Shown here piece by piece: positions 25,101 to 49,800 of a stretch of DNA of 64,000 nt. Numbering within the stretch: the first letter of the stretch is position 1; each line of letters opens with the position of its first letter. The stretch lies in NCBI GenBank assembly GCA_965112735.1, contig OZ218954.1, forward strand, positions 2,108,001 to 2,172,000, given 5' to 3'. The notes under the pieces are model-generated. The model had not been told where the DNA came from. It ran no database searches and worked only from the letters and a program-made list of their open reading frames with translations. The position numbers were made by a program, and so were the translations under genes. This stretch comes from Phaeosaccion multiseriatum. Lineage: Eukaryota > Protista > Ochrophyta, other classes.

Positions 25101-26774
25101 CCTCCGTCACACGCACCGTCGTGATCGACGACAACTTGGGTAGGTGGACCATCGGAAGAGCAAGCCGGGGGGTTAGCTGCTAGCTGTTAGTGTTAGCTGG
25201 GTCATCGAAAGAGGAAGCCCGGGGGCGAGCTCTCTTTCTTTCTTTCTCTCTCGCTCACTTGCTCGCACTTTCTCTTCCTCTCTCTATTCTGTAACTGCCT
25301 GACGTGACGCATCGCCTTGAATCCGAATTGCAGGGAAAGCTTACTCCGTCCGCACCGTCAATCTCGAGCCTGCTCCACGGGAAGACGGCAGCAGCCGCCC
25401 TACACACCTTCTCGTCACCACACATGAGCATGGGCAGGGAGAGGGAAGCAGGGATGGAAAGCTGTTGGCCTACGACATACCGAGGGGCAGCGAGTGGAAG
25501 GAGGAGGTGAGCTATATGTATATTACTTCGTAGTATATATGTATAGAGAGAGAGAAGGGTGGGGGGGGGGAAGAGCTGGGAGACAGACAAGGTGACAAGA
25601 AAAGAATGAACGGAAGAGAGGGGCGTGGAAGGGGGAGGGGGCAGGCGAAAAGGATCGATGGAGGTGTTACTGCACCGAGGCGAGGTATTTGATTCGGCGA
25701 TGTCGACCCGACCTTGTCTGCTCAACTTTCTGTTGCGCCGCTTTTCTGTTCAGCCCTTGCGCCTCCTTTGCCGCTTGCCTCCCCGCCCTTGATCTTCCCT
25801 GGGAACAGTATTACCCGGTTCTGACCCCACCCCTTCTTCGATCCTCCCCCTCTCCTCCAATTGTGATACCCATGGTGGTTGTACAGCCAGCGCAGCAGTG
25901 CCAGGGTGGTTTGTGCGTGTTCAGCGGCTCTGAGAAGGACGCCGTGGCCTCCGCGGTGCGAGAGAGGGCGGAAGCAGAAGCAGCGGCAGCGGCACAAGCA
26001 GCAGAGCAATCGGCAGCACCGTACACAAGCTTTACCACAGCCAACCATGGCAGGGGGAGGAGCAGCAACAGCAGGAGTCACATGGGCAGAAACAACACGC
26101 CTCTTTGGAACCGCCATGAGTTGGCCAAAAACTTTCGCACGAAGGGTAGCCTTCTCTTCCAGCCAGGCAGTCCGGGCTTCGCCTACCCGTTCTGGCCACA
26201 CCAGAGCATGCGGGTCGACGGTTACCGACCGTACCTGGCTTTGTCCGGCGACTGTTCCGAGGCAGCGTACATTTTCCGTCCCAAGTCCGAGGAGGGCGAG
26301 CTGGAGTACGAGCTTGCTGCCGTGCTGGAGACCAAAGGTGAGGGGGGGAGGGGAGGAGGGGAGGAGGGGAGGGGCGGGCAGGGGAGGGGAGGGGAGGGGA
26401 GGGGCGGTGTTCGAGTCTTTGATGCACGATCTTGCCACTTCTCGCGTCTTTTTTTTTTGTGTGTGTGTCTCTCTCTCGCTCGCTCACTTGCTCGCGTGAA
26501 CGCTCTGACACGTTGTCTCTCCACCATACTGCTTGCATGACCACGGAATGAATCTGACGCACCAAGTCTTTGCTGTTGAACTTTGTACCCCTTCCCTTCC
26601 GCCTCCGCCTCCGCCTCTGCCACGTGTCCATAAAAAGGTACTGTGGGTAGCCTCGCCATTGGCTATGGGCCCCTCGGGACTGATCCCACGCAGGACGACG
26701 GTTTCGCTCGTATATACATGCCATCGTATGAGAACAACAGGGTGTACGTCTTCGAGATGGGCGTGTGTTTGTAG
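22185..26774 (+). CDS. Uncharacterised signal-peptide protein with a probable beta-propeller (FG-GAP-like) C-terminal domain
   Basis: Phase-consistent exons 22185-23163, 23445-23617, 23823-24072, 24430-24857, 25022-25139, 25334-25506, 25809-26337, 26638-26774 (~928 aa). Hydrophobic N-terminus. Repeated beta-strand/Gly-Asp motifs (LVADGFL, GWFYHKAVWLD, GPDVMF, LALSGD, IYMPSYENNRVYVF). The fold call is inference. Confidence 0.78.
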
Positions 26775-27905
26775 CGGGCAGGGAGGCGCCAGTGAGGGGG
26801 ACGTGGGAGGGTGGGGGAGGGGAGGGGGAGGGGGAGGGGGAGGGGGAGGGGGAGGAGGAGGGGGAGGAGGAGGAGGAGGGGAGGAGGAGGGGACGGGGGC
26901 TTGTGACAGTGGATGGCCTCTAAGGGGGGCATGAATGAGTGGTGGTTGGGGGAGGCAGGGGGGGGGGAAGAGGGAAGAGCCGGGTGAAGGGAGAAGGGGA
27001 GAAAAGAGGAAGCATCTGTATGCACGTATGTATGTATGCTCATGGCGTTGTTAAAACACGACTGTAAGTAACGGATGGAAGTGGTGTGAGTGTGGCTGGC
27101 GACTGGGAATGTGAGGGAGGGTGGGGTGGTCATTGTTGATAGGGGGGGGGGGGGGACGAAAGGTTGGTTTGGGCGCTGATAGTAGCGTCTCATCATCCAG
27201 TGGATATGTACAAAGCGGAGTGGCACATAAGATTACGTGTATGGTGAAGTGAAAAAGGGCGGGGTTCGGGAGGGGGAGGGTGGCGATGTCAATGTTCGTG
27301 TCTGTGTGGTGTCTGTGTGTCCGAAGACCTTGGTCTGGAAATCGAAACATGGGGAGGGAGGAGGAGGAGGAGGAGGAGGAGGAGGAGGAGGGGAGGGAAA
27401 GAGCTGCCTTGGCACCTTTCGAAAAATGCTGAAGAAATTATCAATAATATTTAATTGTGTGTGAATAATTATAATAAAATGATTGCATATAACTATGACC
27501 TACCACCTCCCCCCCCCCTTGAGGGCAAAGCAAGTGAAGAGCAAGTGGCTGATGAAATGATATGAACACCGACCATGGTGACGGTGGTGGGAGAGCGGGG
27601 CCGCTCATCAAACAAACAAAAAGAGATGGGTGAGGACCCGAGGTGGACGGGATGGTGAGCTCCTGTCAGTCAGAGCAGCAGGAGCCTCACCCTCACCCTC
27701 ATTCTCATTCTCCTGCCGGATGCACCATGTCACCTCCGGTGGTGTGGTGTGGTTCCCTGCTTGTTGGTGCTTCGTGCAGCTCCGCCCAGCGTGTGTCCGC
27801 TGCTCTCGGTCAAGGGCCACCGGCTTTCGGCTTCGGCTTTCGGCGTACTGAACATGGGGCCCCACTCACGAGCCCCACACAGCAGAGGCGAGTGAGTAAC
27901 GCAAC

Positions 27906-27942
<37 letters not shown>

Positions 27943-27943
27943 A

Positions 27944-28024
<81 letters not shown>

Positions 28025-28074
28025 CCTTTGTGTGATTTGCTTGTGCCAAGGTCTCGGCTTTCGCTTCCTTCCTT

Positions 28075-28106
<32 letters not shown>

Positions 28107-28338
28107 CCATTTGCTTCTCTCCCCCGTCGAGTGCCTGGGGCCGTGAGAAGATCAATTCGAAACCCTGGCGTGCCTGTTGGCTGACTGACTCTCTCTATCG
28201 GCTGGCTAGCTGGCTGGCTGACTCTCTCTGTCGGCTGGCTGGCGGGCTCGCTGACCACCGGGCTGGCGAAGAGGAATCAAATCGACCGAGCCGACCGTTC
28301 GGCCAAACGGACCGACTGATTGACCATCGCTGGTCCGG

Positions 28339-29841
28339 TCACGGCAGCACCGCCTTCTTCTGCGATGCTCTGGCGGCTACAGCGGCCATGTAACCTCCCT
28401 CGCCCCCCTCAGCCTTCGCAGCAGCACCAGCCGCACACTGCTCTACTCGCCCAGCAGGCGTCCCGGAGTCCTGCAAACCCCCCCTCCCCCCTTCACTGCT
28501 ACCTCCTCCATCCACTCCCGCGCGTGTACTCTGCTGCGGCACCACACCCACTACTACTGTTTGTGCAGCAGCGGTCATCCCGCAGCATTGAGAAGTATGA
28601 TCGCCTCCTTCTTCTTTTTTCCTCCGCGGCCCCTCTTGCTGCTCTTGTTGCTCGTTGTGCTGCGGCGCTAACGCGAAGAAGTTGTCCGTTTTTAAAGAGA
28701 AGCCTTTGGGGCACATGAGAGCAGCGCTCGCCGTGTCTTGCTCTGATGCAGCAATGTCAATCATAAGGACTCCATCCTCGTCCACCTCTTCTCCCTCGCT
28801 ACTGCCTCCCTTCCCTCCTCCTCCTCCTCCTCCTCCTCCTCCTCCTCCTCCTCCTCCTCCTCCTCCTCCTCCTCCTCCTCCTCCTCCTCCTCCTCCTCCT
28901 CCTCCTCCTCCTCCTCCTCCTCCTCCTCTCTCTTCTGCTCCGTTTCCCATCTGGGCCTGCGCAGAGGCAGGAGGAGGAGCCAGAGACTGCGCGGCTGCGG
29001 GACCCACGCTGAGCTGCACGTCCCTTCTCCACTCCCGCTCCAGGGCGTCAGGATCCACCTGCGGGGCAGAGCAGCCCAAGCAGAGTATGTGGAGGGAGAG
29101 CGTGACGAGAAGATCAGATCTGGAGAGTCAGGGCGGTCGGCCCTCAGTATCATCTCATTGCCCACCCACACTCACTCATTCACTCACTCATTCTGTCACT
29201 CATTCACTCACTCATTCACTCACTCACTCACTTCTCACTCACTCACTCACCCCCTGCTCCAGCAAGACATTGTTGACGGCAGCTGCCAGGTCTCGCAAGG
29301 AGAGATCCTCCAAGGGGAGCGTATGCGAGATGCCAGCGGCCCGCAGCCTCTCTTGGACCGACGCTTCCTTCCCCTCGTATGCATCGGATGCTGCAGCAGC
29401 AGCAGATGGCCTTGATGTTGGGAAAACTATAGGAGGTCCCGCCAGGAGCGACGACCCGTGTCTGGGGGCTTCATTCAGGCCCAGCGAGGTCGCGAAGGCC
29501 GCCAGCGACTGGCTCGACACGGCCTCACTCGTGGCATGTTGCAGAGCCTGTATGGTCTCGTCCTGAACGGTTAGGGTAGGAAAGGTAGGTAAGGAAGTCA
29601 AAGGAAAGAAAAGAAGAAAACTTAAGAACAGAGGGGAGGGTAGAAGAGGGAGAGGGAACGCCACTAGTAATCTTTTAGCCGCCCGGAACAGGCCCCAACG
29701 TTTAATTAAAAAGAAGGCAATTGCCCTCACCTCAAGATCCCTGAGCTCGTTCACACTCATCGTCGCACCTCCCATGTGGCCGCTGCTGTGGCCGCCGCCG
29801 CTGCTACTGCTGCTGCTGCGATCCTCACCCGGGAGCACCAT
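28339..29841 (-). CDS. Hypothetical protein with a poly-Gly tract (3' end uncertain)
   Basis: Exons 29841-29731, 29562-29251, 29058-28339 with canonical GT-AG sites in phase (~380 aa). Intron-like repeats at 27900-28300 suggest a possible further exon near 27845-27610. Confidence 0.65.
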
Positions 29842-29993
29842 ACCCACACTTCAATGTTAGACGAGTCTGAACCAGCCCACCCTGTTATTTGCCGCACCTT
29901 CCCCTTAATACCACCACCACACTCACTTCTCCGACGACGGGGACGTAACTGTAGTAAGAGCAAAGCGAGTAAAAAGGAGAGGTTGAAGGGAGT

Positions 29994-41917
<11,924 letters not shown>

Positions 41918-42995
41918 AGGGCCGCAGATGGCAGTAGATAGACAAACAGATGAACAGAAAGATGGTAGTGATTGTAGTGACCTAGGACGCTCCCCTCCCT
42001 CCCATGGAAACATTTGTCGGAGACAACAAGCAAGTACGAAATCGTTCTTAAGACACGATCTGAAAAATGAACATGGCCTCATATAAGAGTTATAGCTAGA
42101 AGGATGGGAAGGCGGGCCGCTGGCAATGCAGGCTCTATTCTGCCTCCATATATCAGAGTCTTAGCTAGGCGTTACATAGGAGCCCGCCCGCCCCCTTCTC
42201 CCCCCTCCGGCTCTTTTTGTACCGAGGGCAGATCTTGTCACAGGCACCCAGGCACTGTCCTGCTCTCCATCATCATGACGAGGGACCGCCGGAAGGGCCT
42301 TCTTTTCTTGCCTTCTTATTCGCCCCAAGGAGAGTCGCCTGGCCTCTTCTCTATCCTTCGCGTAGGCATCACCGCTGTGCGCAATGCTTCATTCGTGTAG
42401 TCATCACCGCTGTGCGCAGTGTGAGGGGAGCGAGGCCAGCGGGCCCCTCAGATTCGTCACTTGCCCTTATGGTACCCTTACATAACATAACATAACATAA
42501 CATGTAGTTCCACCACAGATCCCATCTTGCCGAGACACTCCATGTTGAGGCAACACCAAGACATTCTCTATCGATGGAGGCAACACCAGGACTTACTACG
42601 CACCTAACCTACCTTCCTGCTGCCGCTCACCCCCACCGCACAGCTCAGGCACTGCCCCCCTAGCTACTTGTCAACTCCGGCTTTCCTCGACCATGAACGA
42701 TCCTCGACCGTCCTATACACAAGAGAGAAAGAGAGGACAAATCGGTGTGCACTCCTGTGCCCGGGCCGTCGGGGCCCGTCGAGTCACACGAGGCCGGTTT
42801 AGGTTTCGAGGCCTTTTTTATTACGCCCGCCCTCGGATTGGAGAACCAACGGCCACACAAACACACACACAATTCACAATTCCGCGTTATTCGATATCTC
42901 TTTTCCCTCTCCCTTCTCCCTCCCCTTCCTAATCCTCCCGTCCTTCGACAATATACAATATAACCCTCTCGGCCGAGCGCCCTCCCGGTAACCCT

Positions 42996-43678
42996 ATGCC
43001 CGCAGTACGACCCACGCCAACGTGGGATGTCCTTAAGAAGTAAGTGGGGAAGTGGGCGAGGCAGTGAGGGACTGCTTACTTATTACGGAACGCATCACTT
43101 CTTTCTCTCTCTTCCCCTCGTGTGTTCGCTCTGTATCAGATTGATGCCGTTCTGCTTCGTCGTTGGAGGCGCCATGGAAATGTTTGTAAGTGGGTGGCGC
43201 GAGATTTGGTTTTGCGTGAAGAGGAACTGACCCCTCTCTCCCTTCTCTCTCTTTCGTTTCCCGCTCAACTTCGGGCATGCGCCCTTGCGTCTCTGCTGCT
43301 ACCGCCCGATGGCATCCATAGATGATTAAGACGGGCTTCTACGAGGTCGCCTGTCGCAAGGAGGCGGAGCGACAAGCAGGTGGGTTTGTGGACGACAGCC
43401 TGCCAACTGCACTGTTACTGACCTCAGAGCCTGTGTGTTCGACGAAAGTCAACAAGTGCTCGGGATCAGCCGCTCAGCGCCCCCCTTCGTAGTTGTCAGT
43501 TTCATGTACATCTACGATGGGAACCTCGCCTCGTCCAGCTGCTCTAATATCGTACTGCACTTTGATCACTTCCTTTCTTTTCGTTGGCCATGTCACTGCA
43601 GAGTTTCGGCTGCAGACAATCGAGGCGAGGAGAAGGAGGATGGAGCGCAACACGTACGAAGCTCGCGCAGAGCCATAG
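42996..43678 (+). CDS. SMIM4: Small integral membrane protein, SMIM4/UQCC5 (UPF0640)-like mitochondrial respiratory-complex assembly factor, 74 aa
   Basis: Four exons 42996-43039, 43140-43185, 43322-43379, 43602-43678, with donors GTAAGT, GTAAGT, GTGGGT, all in phase. Protein: MPAVRPTPTWDVLKKLMPFCFVVGGAMEMFMIKTGFYEVACRKEAERQAEFRLQTIEARRRRMERNTYEARAEP*. It matches the recalled SMIM4 pattern LPFFFVLGGxMExxMIK...FYDVxxRKxxER. Confidence 0.82.
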
Positions 43679-43835
43679 CCGTCGTCTCGTCGTCTCAATA
43701 CTAATAATGTATACATGTATATAGACAAAACGGAGAGGTGGGTATGGTAGTACCCAATATATCCCTCCCCCCCCCCCCCCCTCAGAGCGCTCCAGAGGCT
43801 CTACCATTGAAGGTTTCCTTCCTTATTCCCTCCCC

Positions 43836-46727
43836 TCAGAGCTTGGGGAAGCGACCGGCGTTGCTCGGCGGCGGACGAAAGTTGTTCTTCTTCTCTCTGA
43901 GCTGTGCCATTACCTCGTCCTCGTCGGTCGAGCCCCCTGCCACAGCCGCCTGCACAGAGGCTTGCCCCACGCGCATAAAGGGGTTGAAGGTCAGCTCGCC
44001 TGCAATCTGCGGTGGTCGAGTATGGGAGGGGGATGGGGTGGGCAGAGTTCGGTCCAGTCAAGTCACCAACGCCGAGAGGACGGGGGTGAGTCCAGTCAGT
44101 CACCAACACGGAGAGGACGGGGGTGAGTCCAGTCAGTCACCAACACGGAGAGGACGGGGGTGAGTCCAGTCAGTCACCAACACGGAGAGGACGGGGGTGA
44201 GTCCAGTCAAGTCACCAACACGGAGAGGACGGGGGTGAGCGACAGTGCCATGCAAAGCCCCGTGTTCTTTCTCTTCAAGCCCGCCGATCGTTGGGGGTAT
44301 CTGTGGATGCAAGAATGATGCCCAACCAGCACACATCAATTGTTGATCCGCGGATGTACGAACGACGCCAACTGCAATAGCGCAAACCACCTCAGGCCTT
44401 CCTCCCCATCGTCATGACCCTTTTAGTATTGGCGCCCCTCCCCTCCCCTCACTCACCGTGGAAGGAACGGTGTACCCGCCGGTCCCAAGCGTTCGGTCCA
44501 CCCAGTCAACCTTGTCCAACAGTGCCTGTATACATGTGCGTGCGAAAAGAGAGCAGAGGAGCAGTACATGATAGCAGGGGCCATTAGCAAACACCCTTTT
44601 CTCTCTCCCTCTCGCTCTTTCTCCTTCTCTCACAACACACAGAGAGCACTGTAAGTCAGCAAGCAAGCCGTGTCTCGCCGCCCCGTCTGACCTCGTTGTC
44701 TGGCTCTACGGCCAAGGCGAACTGCAAATTGCTCTTGGTGTACTCGTGACCGCAGAAGATTCTCGTGTCTGCAGGCAGCTTCGCCACCACGTCCATCAGA
44801 GCGTGCCGCATCTCCGAAGCATCTCCCTCAAAGAAGCGGCCGCAACCTAAGGAGGAGAGGGAGGGAGGGAGGGAGGGAGGGAGGGAGGGAGGGGAGGGAG
44901 GGAGGGAGGGAGGGAGGGAGGGAGGGAGGGAGGGAGGGAGGGAGGGAGGGAGGGAGGGAGGGAGGGAGGGAGGGAGGGAGGGAGGGAGGGGAGGGAAACA
45001 AATCGAGTCGCAGTGCGTGACGAGGCAACAGAAAGAGAGCAACAAGATGACGGGGGGTCGTTGGGTGCCTCTGGCTGATACCCCCCAAAGGAGGAGGGGA
45101 CTGCCACACACGAAGCCCAACAGCAACGCCTCCCTGCCTCCCTCCCTTCCCCTCCTTCACTCGCTCTCCCTCACTCACTCACTCTCACTCACTCACTCCC
45201 TCCCTCACTCACTCACTCACTCACTCACTCACCGCCCACAAAGAGGGTATCCCCCGAGAAGAGTATGGGTGCTCCACCCTTGCTGCTCGTTACATAAAAG
45301 AGTATGTGGCCGCGGGTATGACACGGCGTGTAGAGCGCCTTGATGGTGAGGCTTCCGAGCTGGTACTCCTCCTCATGCTTGAGGGGAATGGTCAGAGCAG
45401 GCATGTCTGACTCGTAGGCTGAGCTCACCACGTCCATGGCAGGGAACTGCGATGAGAGGGGATGGGGTATAGGTGTGGGTGTAAGTGTAGATAGATGGGT
45501 GCAATGGGAGGGGAGGGGGTAGTCGTGGTGGTAGTTAGAAGGAGGGTGACTTGGAGAGACCAGGGGGGAGGGTAGAGGAAGGGAGGGGAAAGTGGGAGGG
45601 GGAAAGACGTCAACAGATTGAGGGGGTGGGAAGGGCGAGGGGCGCAAAAACAAAACAATATACACACAGAGGCACTGAGAGAGACATACACATAAACATA
45701 CACAAAACACACACGCACGCACACACGCACGCACTTACACACTCATACTCACACACGTACCATCTTCTTCATGCCCACGTTTCCTCCCGCGTGGTCCAAG
45801 TGCTTATGTGTGCACAGCAGCGCTTGCAACTGCTTACCCCAATCTCGCTCTTTTACCGCAGCGGCAACCTGATAAGGGCGCATGGGCACACGCCAGGGAA
45901 AAAAGGACGACAAACAGACGTCAGGCAGCGTCTGCGGGTGACGTACACATCTTAGGTTCGTGATGCACAGGAAAGCCCCTCTCTTCGGCTCCATTCACGT
46001 GTGGTAGCATACATAGACAAGTTAAGCGGAAAAATGCTGTAAGACCGACGATCAGGACACAATGATGCGACCCTCTCCCCAGCTCGCCAAGCACGCCCCG
46101 ACCCCCCACCTCCCCCCGCCCCCAACTCCCCAACCCCAACGAAGCCAACCTTGTCGGAGTCAGCAGGATCCACGCAAGCCACCTTGCCCGACTCTCGGTC
46201 CACTAGAAGGTAAGCGAAGTTCTCGGAGGACGGAAGGATGGGAAGGATGACAACGTCGGCGCACATGTCCTCCAGAGCGGGGTTGGGCGGGGGGGACGAC
46301 GACGAGGAGGAGGCGAATCGTGGAGAGTGGGGCCTTGCAGGCCGGCTGCTGCTGCTGCTGCTTCTGCTGAGAGACGTGGAAGAGGAGGTGCTACTGGCTC
46401 CAGTCATCGCTCCGCCGTATCGGTCTGGCTGCTGCTGCCGTAAAGACGCTGTCGCAGCACACGAACGGCACATGACACATGTAGGACGATGAAGGGGGGA
46501 GAGGAGGGCGAAAATGACGGTAGAAGAGACAATAGGGGAAAACAGCCACCCTTCCGGCTCAGACAACTCCGTATCTACCACCTACCTGGCGATGCGGTGA
46601 TGAAAGCCGCGACAGAGCGACCGAAGGCCGATACGCGGGAAACTCGATGTAGCAGTAACATCAAGCTGACCAGCGCAAACGAAGCGAAAAAGGGCTGTGC
46701 CTGCACCGAGCTTCTTCGTCTGCGCAT
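43836..46727 (-). CDS. GLO2: Hydroxyacylglutathione hydrolase (glyoxalase II), metallo-beta-lactamase fold
   Basis: Exons 46727-46586, 46448-46150, 45868-45761, 45446-45233, 44846-44692, 44525-44457, 44006-43836 (385 aa). Motifs: [84 protein letters not shown]-terminal signal ...RVSA|FGRS; C-terminus -PKL. Confidence 0.95.
44052..44239 (+). repeat. 37-38 bp tandem repeat x5 in the last intron of GLO2
   Basis: Unit CCAGTCAGTCACCAACACGGAGAGGACGGGGGTGAGT, near-identical copies with no spacers. Confidence 0.95.
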
Positions 46728-46883
46728 CGAGAAGACAACACTCCGGTGAGTAGTGGTAATAAAGCTCACAGCAAAGGGGAGAGAGGACAGAGTGAGGGAA
46801 GAGGCGAAGAGAGAGAAAACCATAAGTCAAGGACGCTGTTTGCTGCCCTCCACACCTCCATGGGCTATATATATGCCAAATAA
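46728..46883. promoter_or_regulatory. Putative bidirectional promoter between GLO2 and the pseudouridine synthase, with TATATATA at ~46866
   Basis: 156 bp between divergent ATGs, containing a self-complementary TATA-like run. Confidence 0.5.
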
Positions 46884-49800
46884 ATGCGCCTCTCTATGCG
46901 GATGACATGTACGTGTGTGAGTGAGCGTATGCGTGTGTGCGTGTGTGTGTGTGTGTGTGTCTGTCTCTGTCTTTGCCTTCTTCTGCTTCCACACGTCTGC
47001 CCTGCCTCATCTTCGTATCTTCCCCCTCGTATGTTTGATACGCAGTGCTGGTGGCTTTCGTATATCCTCGGATAGTGTCTTCCTTCTCGTCACAAGGAAC
47101 CGCAGTCACATCCGCTTATAGGTTGTGTCGGCAACGAAAAGGTGTTGTTTCTCTGCAGCAGCAGCACTTCAGCCACGCCAGGACGAGCCCCATTCACCTC
47201 TACCGGCTCGGCGTCACGCCCCGTCCGAGCTCTTGCTCCTCGTTGCTAGTCAATAAGGAGTACTCCTCTTATTCTGGAGGGACAAGAGTTGGCAGTCAGA
47301 ACAGCAGCAGTGGGAGCCTCAGGGGCAGCAGGGGCAGCAGGAGCAGCACGTTGTTCAGAGTGACGGCGGCGGCAAGAACACCAACAGGGCAGCAGCAACC
47401 GAAGAAACGAATGAACACTCGGGCGAGGTTCGATGAGGACGGGTCGCCTCGGGCCGTGAGGGACAAGGGGGGAAGGAGCAAGAAGAAGTGTGCCCTGGTC
47501 ATTGGCTACGTGGGCAGCGACTTCAACGGCCTGCAGATTGGCACCGAAGACAGCAGGACGGTAGAGCAAGTCTTAGAGGAGGTAAGCTACGAGGGATTCG
47601 TCGGCCAACTCTGTCCAGTCATGTTCACTTTGCCACAACAAGGTCGACACAGAGCTATCGCCTTAGTGTTTTTAGTGGTGGACACTTGTCTCTCTGAACC
47701 GACCAAGTTCCGTGTGCCCCACTGACGGCTTGAAGGGTGTGGGAGCCTGGCCTGCCCCGCTGACTTCCTTGTGCGTGGCGGGTGGGCGTCTGCTGTGGCA
47801 GCCGCACCATCCGTCTCACCTTTGCGCCCTGGCACACGCCGCTGGTTGCTGACCTTTTGCCTTGCGGCATCGATGGCAGCACGCACTTCACTTTCAGCCT
47901 CCTAACCTCCCCACACGTGACACGTGGTCACTGCACCCCCCAACCATAGGGTCTATACCAGGCCGGATTCATCTCCCCTGACAACCACGGGGATCTTGGA
48001 AAGATTGGCTGGACACGCACGTCGAGGACCGACAAGGGGGTGCACGCCGCCAAGACTGTCATCGCAGCGAAGCTCATGATCGAGCCTGCCACTTTCGATG
48101 CCAAGGGCTTCTCGCCGCAGGTGAGTGAGTGAATCAGCCAGTCAGTCAGTCAGTGAGGGAGTGAATGAGGGAAGGAGGGAGTAAATGCCGGAGTGAATGC
48201 GTGAAGTAAAGGAAAGAAGGGAATGCACTGTGGCGGCGAGAAGAGTGCTGAAATTCCTCTCTCTTGCCGCCCACATGGGCGCCCCCACATGTGCATCCCC
48301 CTCTGCATCTATCCTACTACTTCCATCCATCAATCTCACCCTGGGCCCCACTCTCTCCCACTGTTGTCCTCCCTCCCTCCCTCCCTCCCTCCCTCCTCCT
48401 TGCTCCCCCCCGTGCTTCTCCGGCGGTAGTCTGCCGAGGAGATTAACGCTCACCTCCCTCCAGACCTGCGCGTCTTCTCCTGTGCCAAGGTGGCCAAAAG
48501 CTTCCGCGGTCGAGACTCGTGCACCATGAGAGAGTATCAGTACGTCATGGTAGGTATCGCACCGGCAGCAGAGTAGGGACGCCAGTGGATGGCAGTGGAC
48601 GTCAGCGGATGGCAGTGAATGGCAGTGGATGGGAGAGGCAACATAATCCTTCTTTCGCCGTTCTACTCCGACGCCTTTCCCCTGGTTTTTTCGTTTGGCC
48701 CTTACGTGTGGGTGGGTGTGCTTGTGCTTGGGCCTGTGGGGCAATTTCACCCCCCTTGTTCCCAATTCACTGTCTGCCCCCTTCTTCCCTACGGCCCACA
48801 TACAGAAACCCATCTGACGAGCTGTTCGCAATGCATGTGTCTCCCTCCCCCCTCCTCCTCCTCTTCCTCCTCCTCCTCCTCCTCCTCTTCCTCCTCGTCG
48901 TCATCTTCGTCCCTCTCCAACTTGCCCTCCCCCCCCCCCCCATCCCCCACCCCCCGGATGGTGCCCAAACCAAAGCCAAAGTCCTTCTTCCCTGACGAAG
49001 CTTCTCTGGCGCGCTTCAGTGAGCTCATTGGCCTGTACACAGGCACGCACAGCTTCCACAACTTCTGCTCAGGTGCGTGGGTGCGTGCGTGCGTGCGTGC
49101 GTGCGACTGTAAGACGACGCTTTTTTGTCATGGGCTGGCACTTTTCCGCTGATGTCGCGAGGTGTCTGTCAATGGCAAAAGGGCGCCTTGGTACAGGTTC
49201 ACGCAATGCAGTGTGCTGTCGTCGTGTCATGAAGCACATGCAGTGCTTCCTCGAAGTCAGAGGAAGTCCAGCAGAGTCGCTTCGCTTTGTGCCCCGTATG
49301 CCCCCGTATGTATAGAATGTGCTTCGAAGTTCCTTTCTTTCCCCGATACCGAACACGTGCTCATCCACGGCACTCGTTTGTGCCGTCCGTGTATTGCCGG
49401 TACAGGGAGTCGAGAGCTTCGAGCCAAGAAGAAGGTCATTATTCAGAAGCTGGAAGAGCGAGAAGGAGAAGCAGCTACAGCTACAGCAGCAGCAGCAGCA
49501 GCAGCAGCAGTAGCACTACCATCACCACCACCACCACCACCACCACAGCAACAACAAGTAGCAGCAGGAGTAGCAGGGACGCAGGAAGGTGGAGGGGGGG
49601 GTGGAAGTAGAGGGGCAGAAGGCACAGGAGGGGAGGAGGAAGCGCAGGATGACGCCGAGGAGGGGAGGTTCAGGAAACTCTCACCTCGTTCGATCAGGGG
49701 TTCTGTGACGAGACTCGCACGGAAGGTCTTGCGACTCGGGAGGGGCACAGGCACACCCACCACCTCAGCTTCTACACAGCACGTCGATGGTGAAGATGAC

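Noticed and set aside
44052-44239. CRISPR-like array (37-bp repeats)
   Set aside because: Units are directly adjacent with no unique spacers, lie in a spliceosomal intron, and there are no cas genes.
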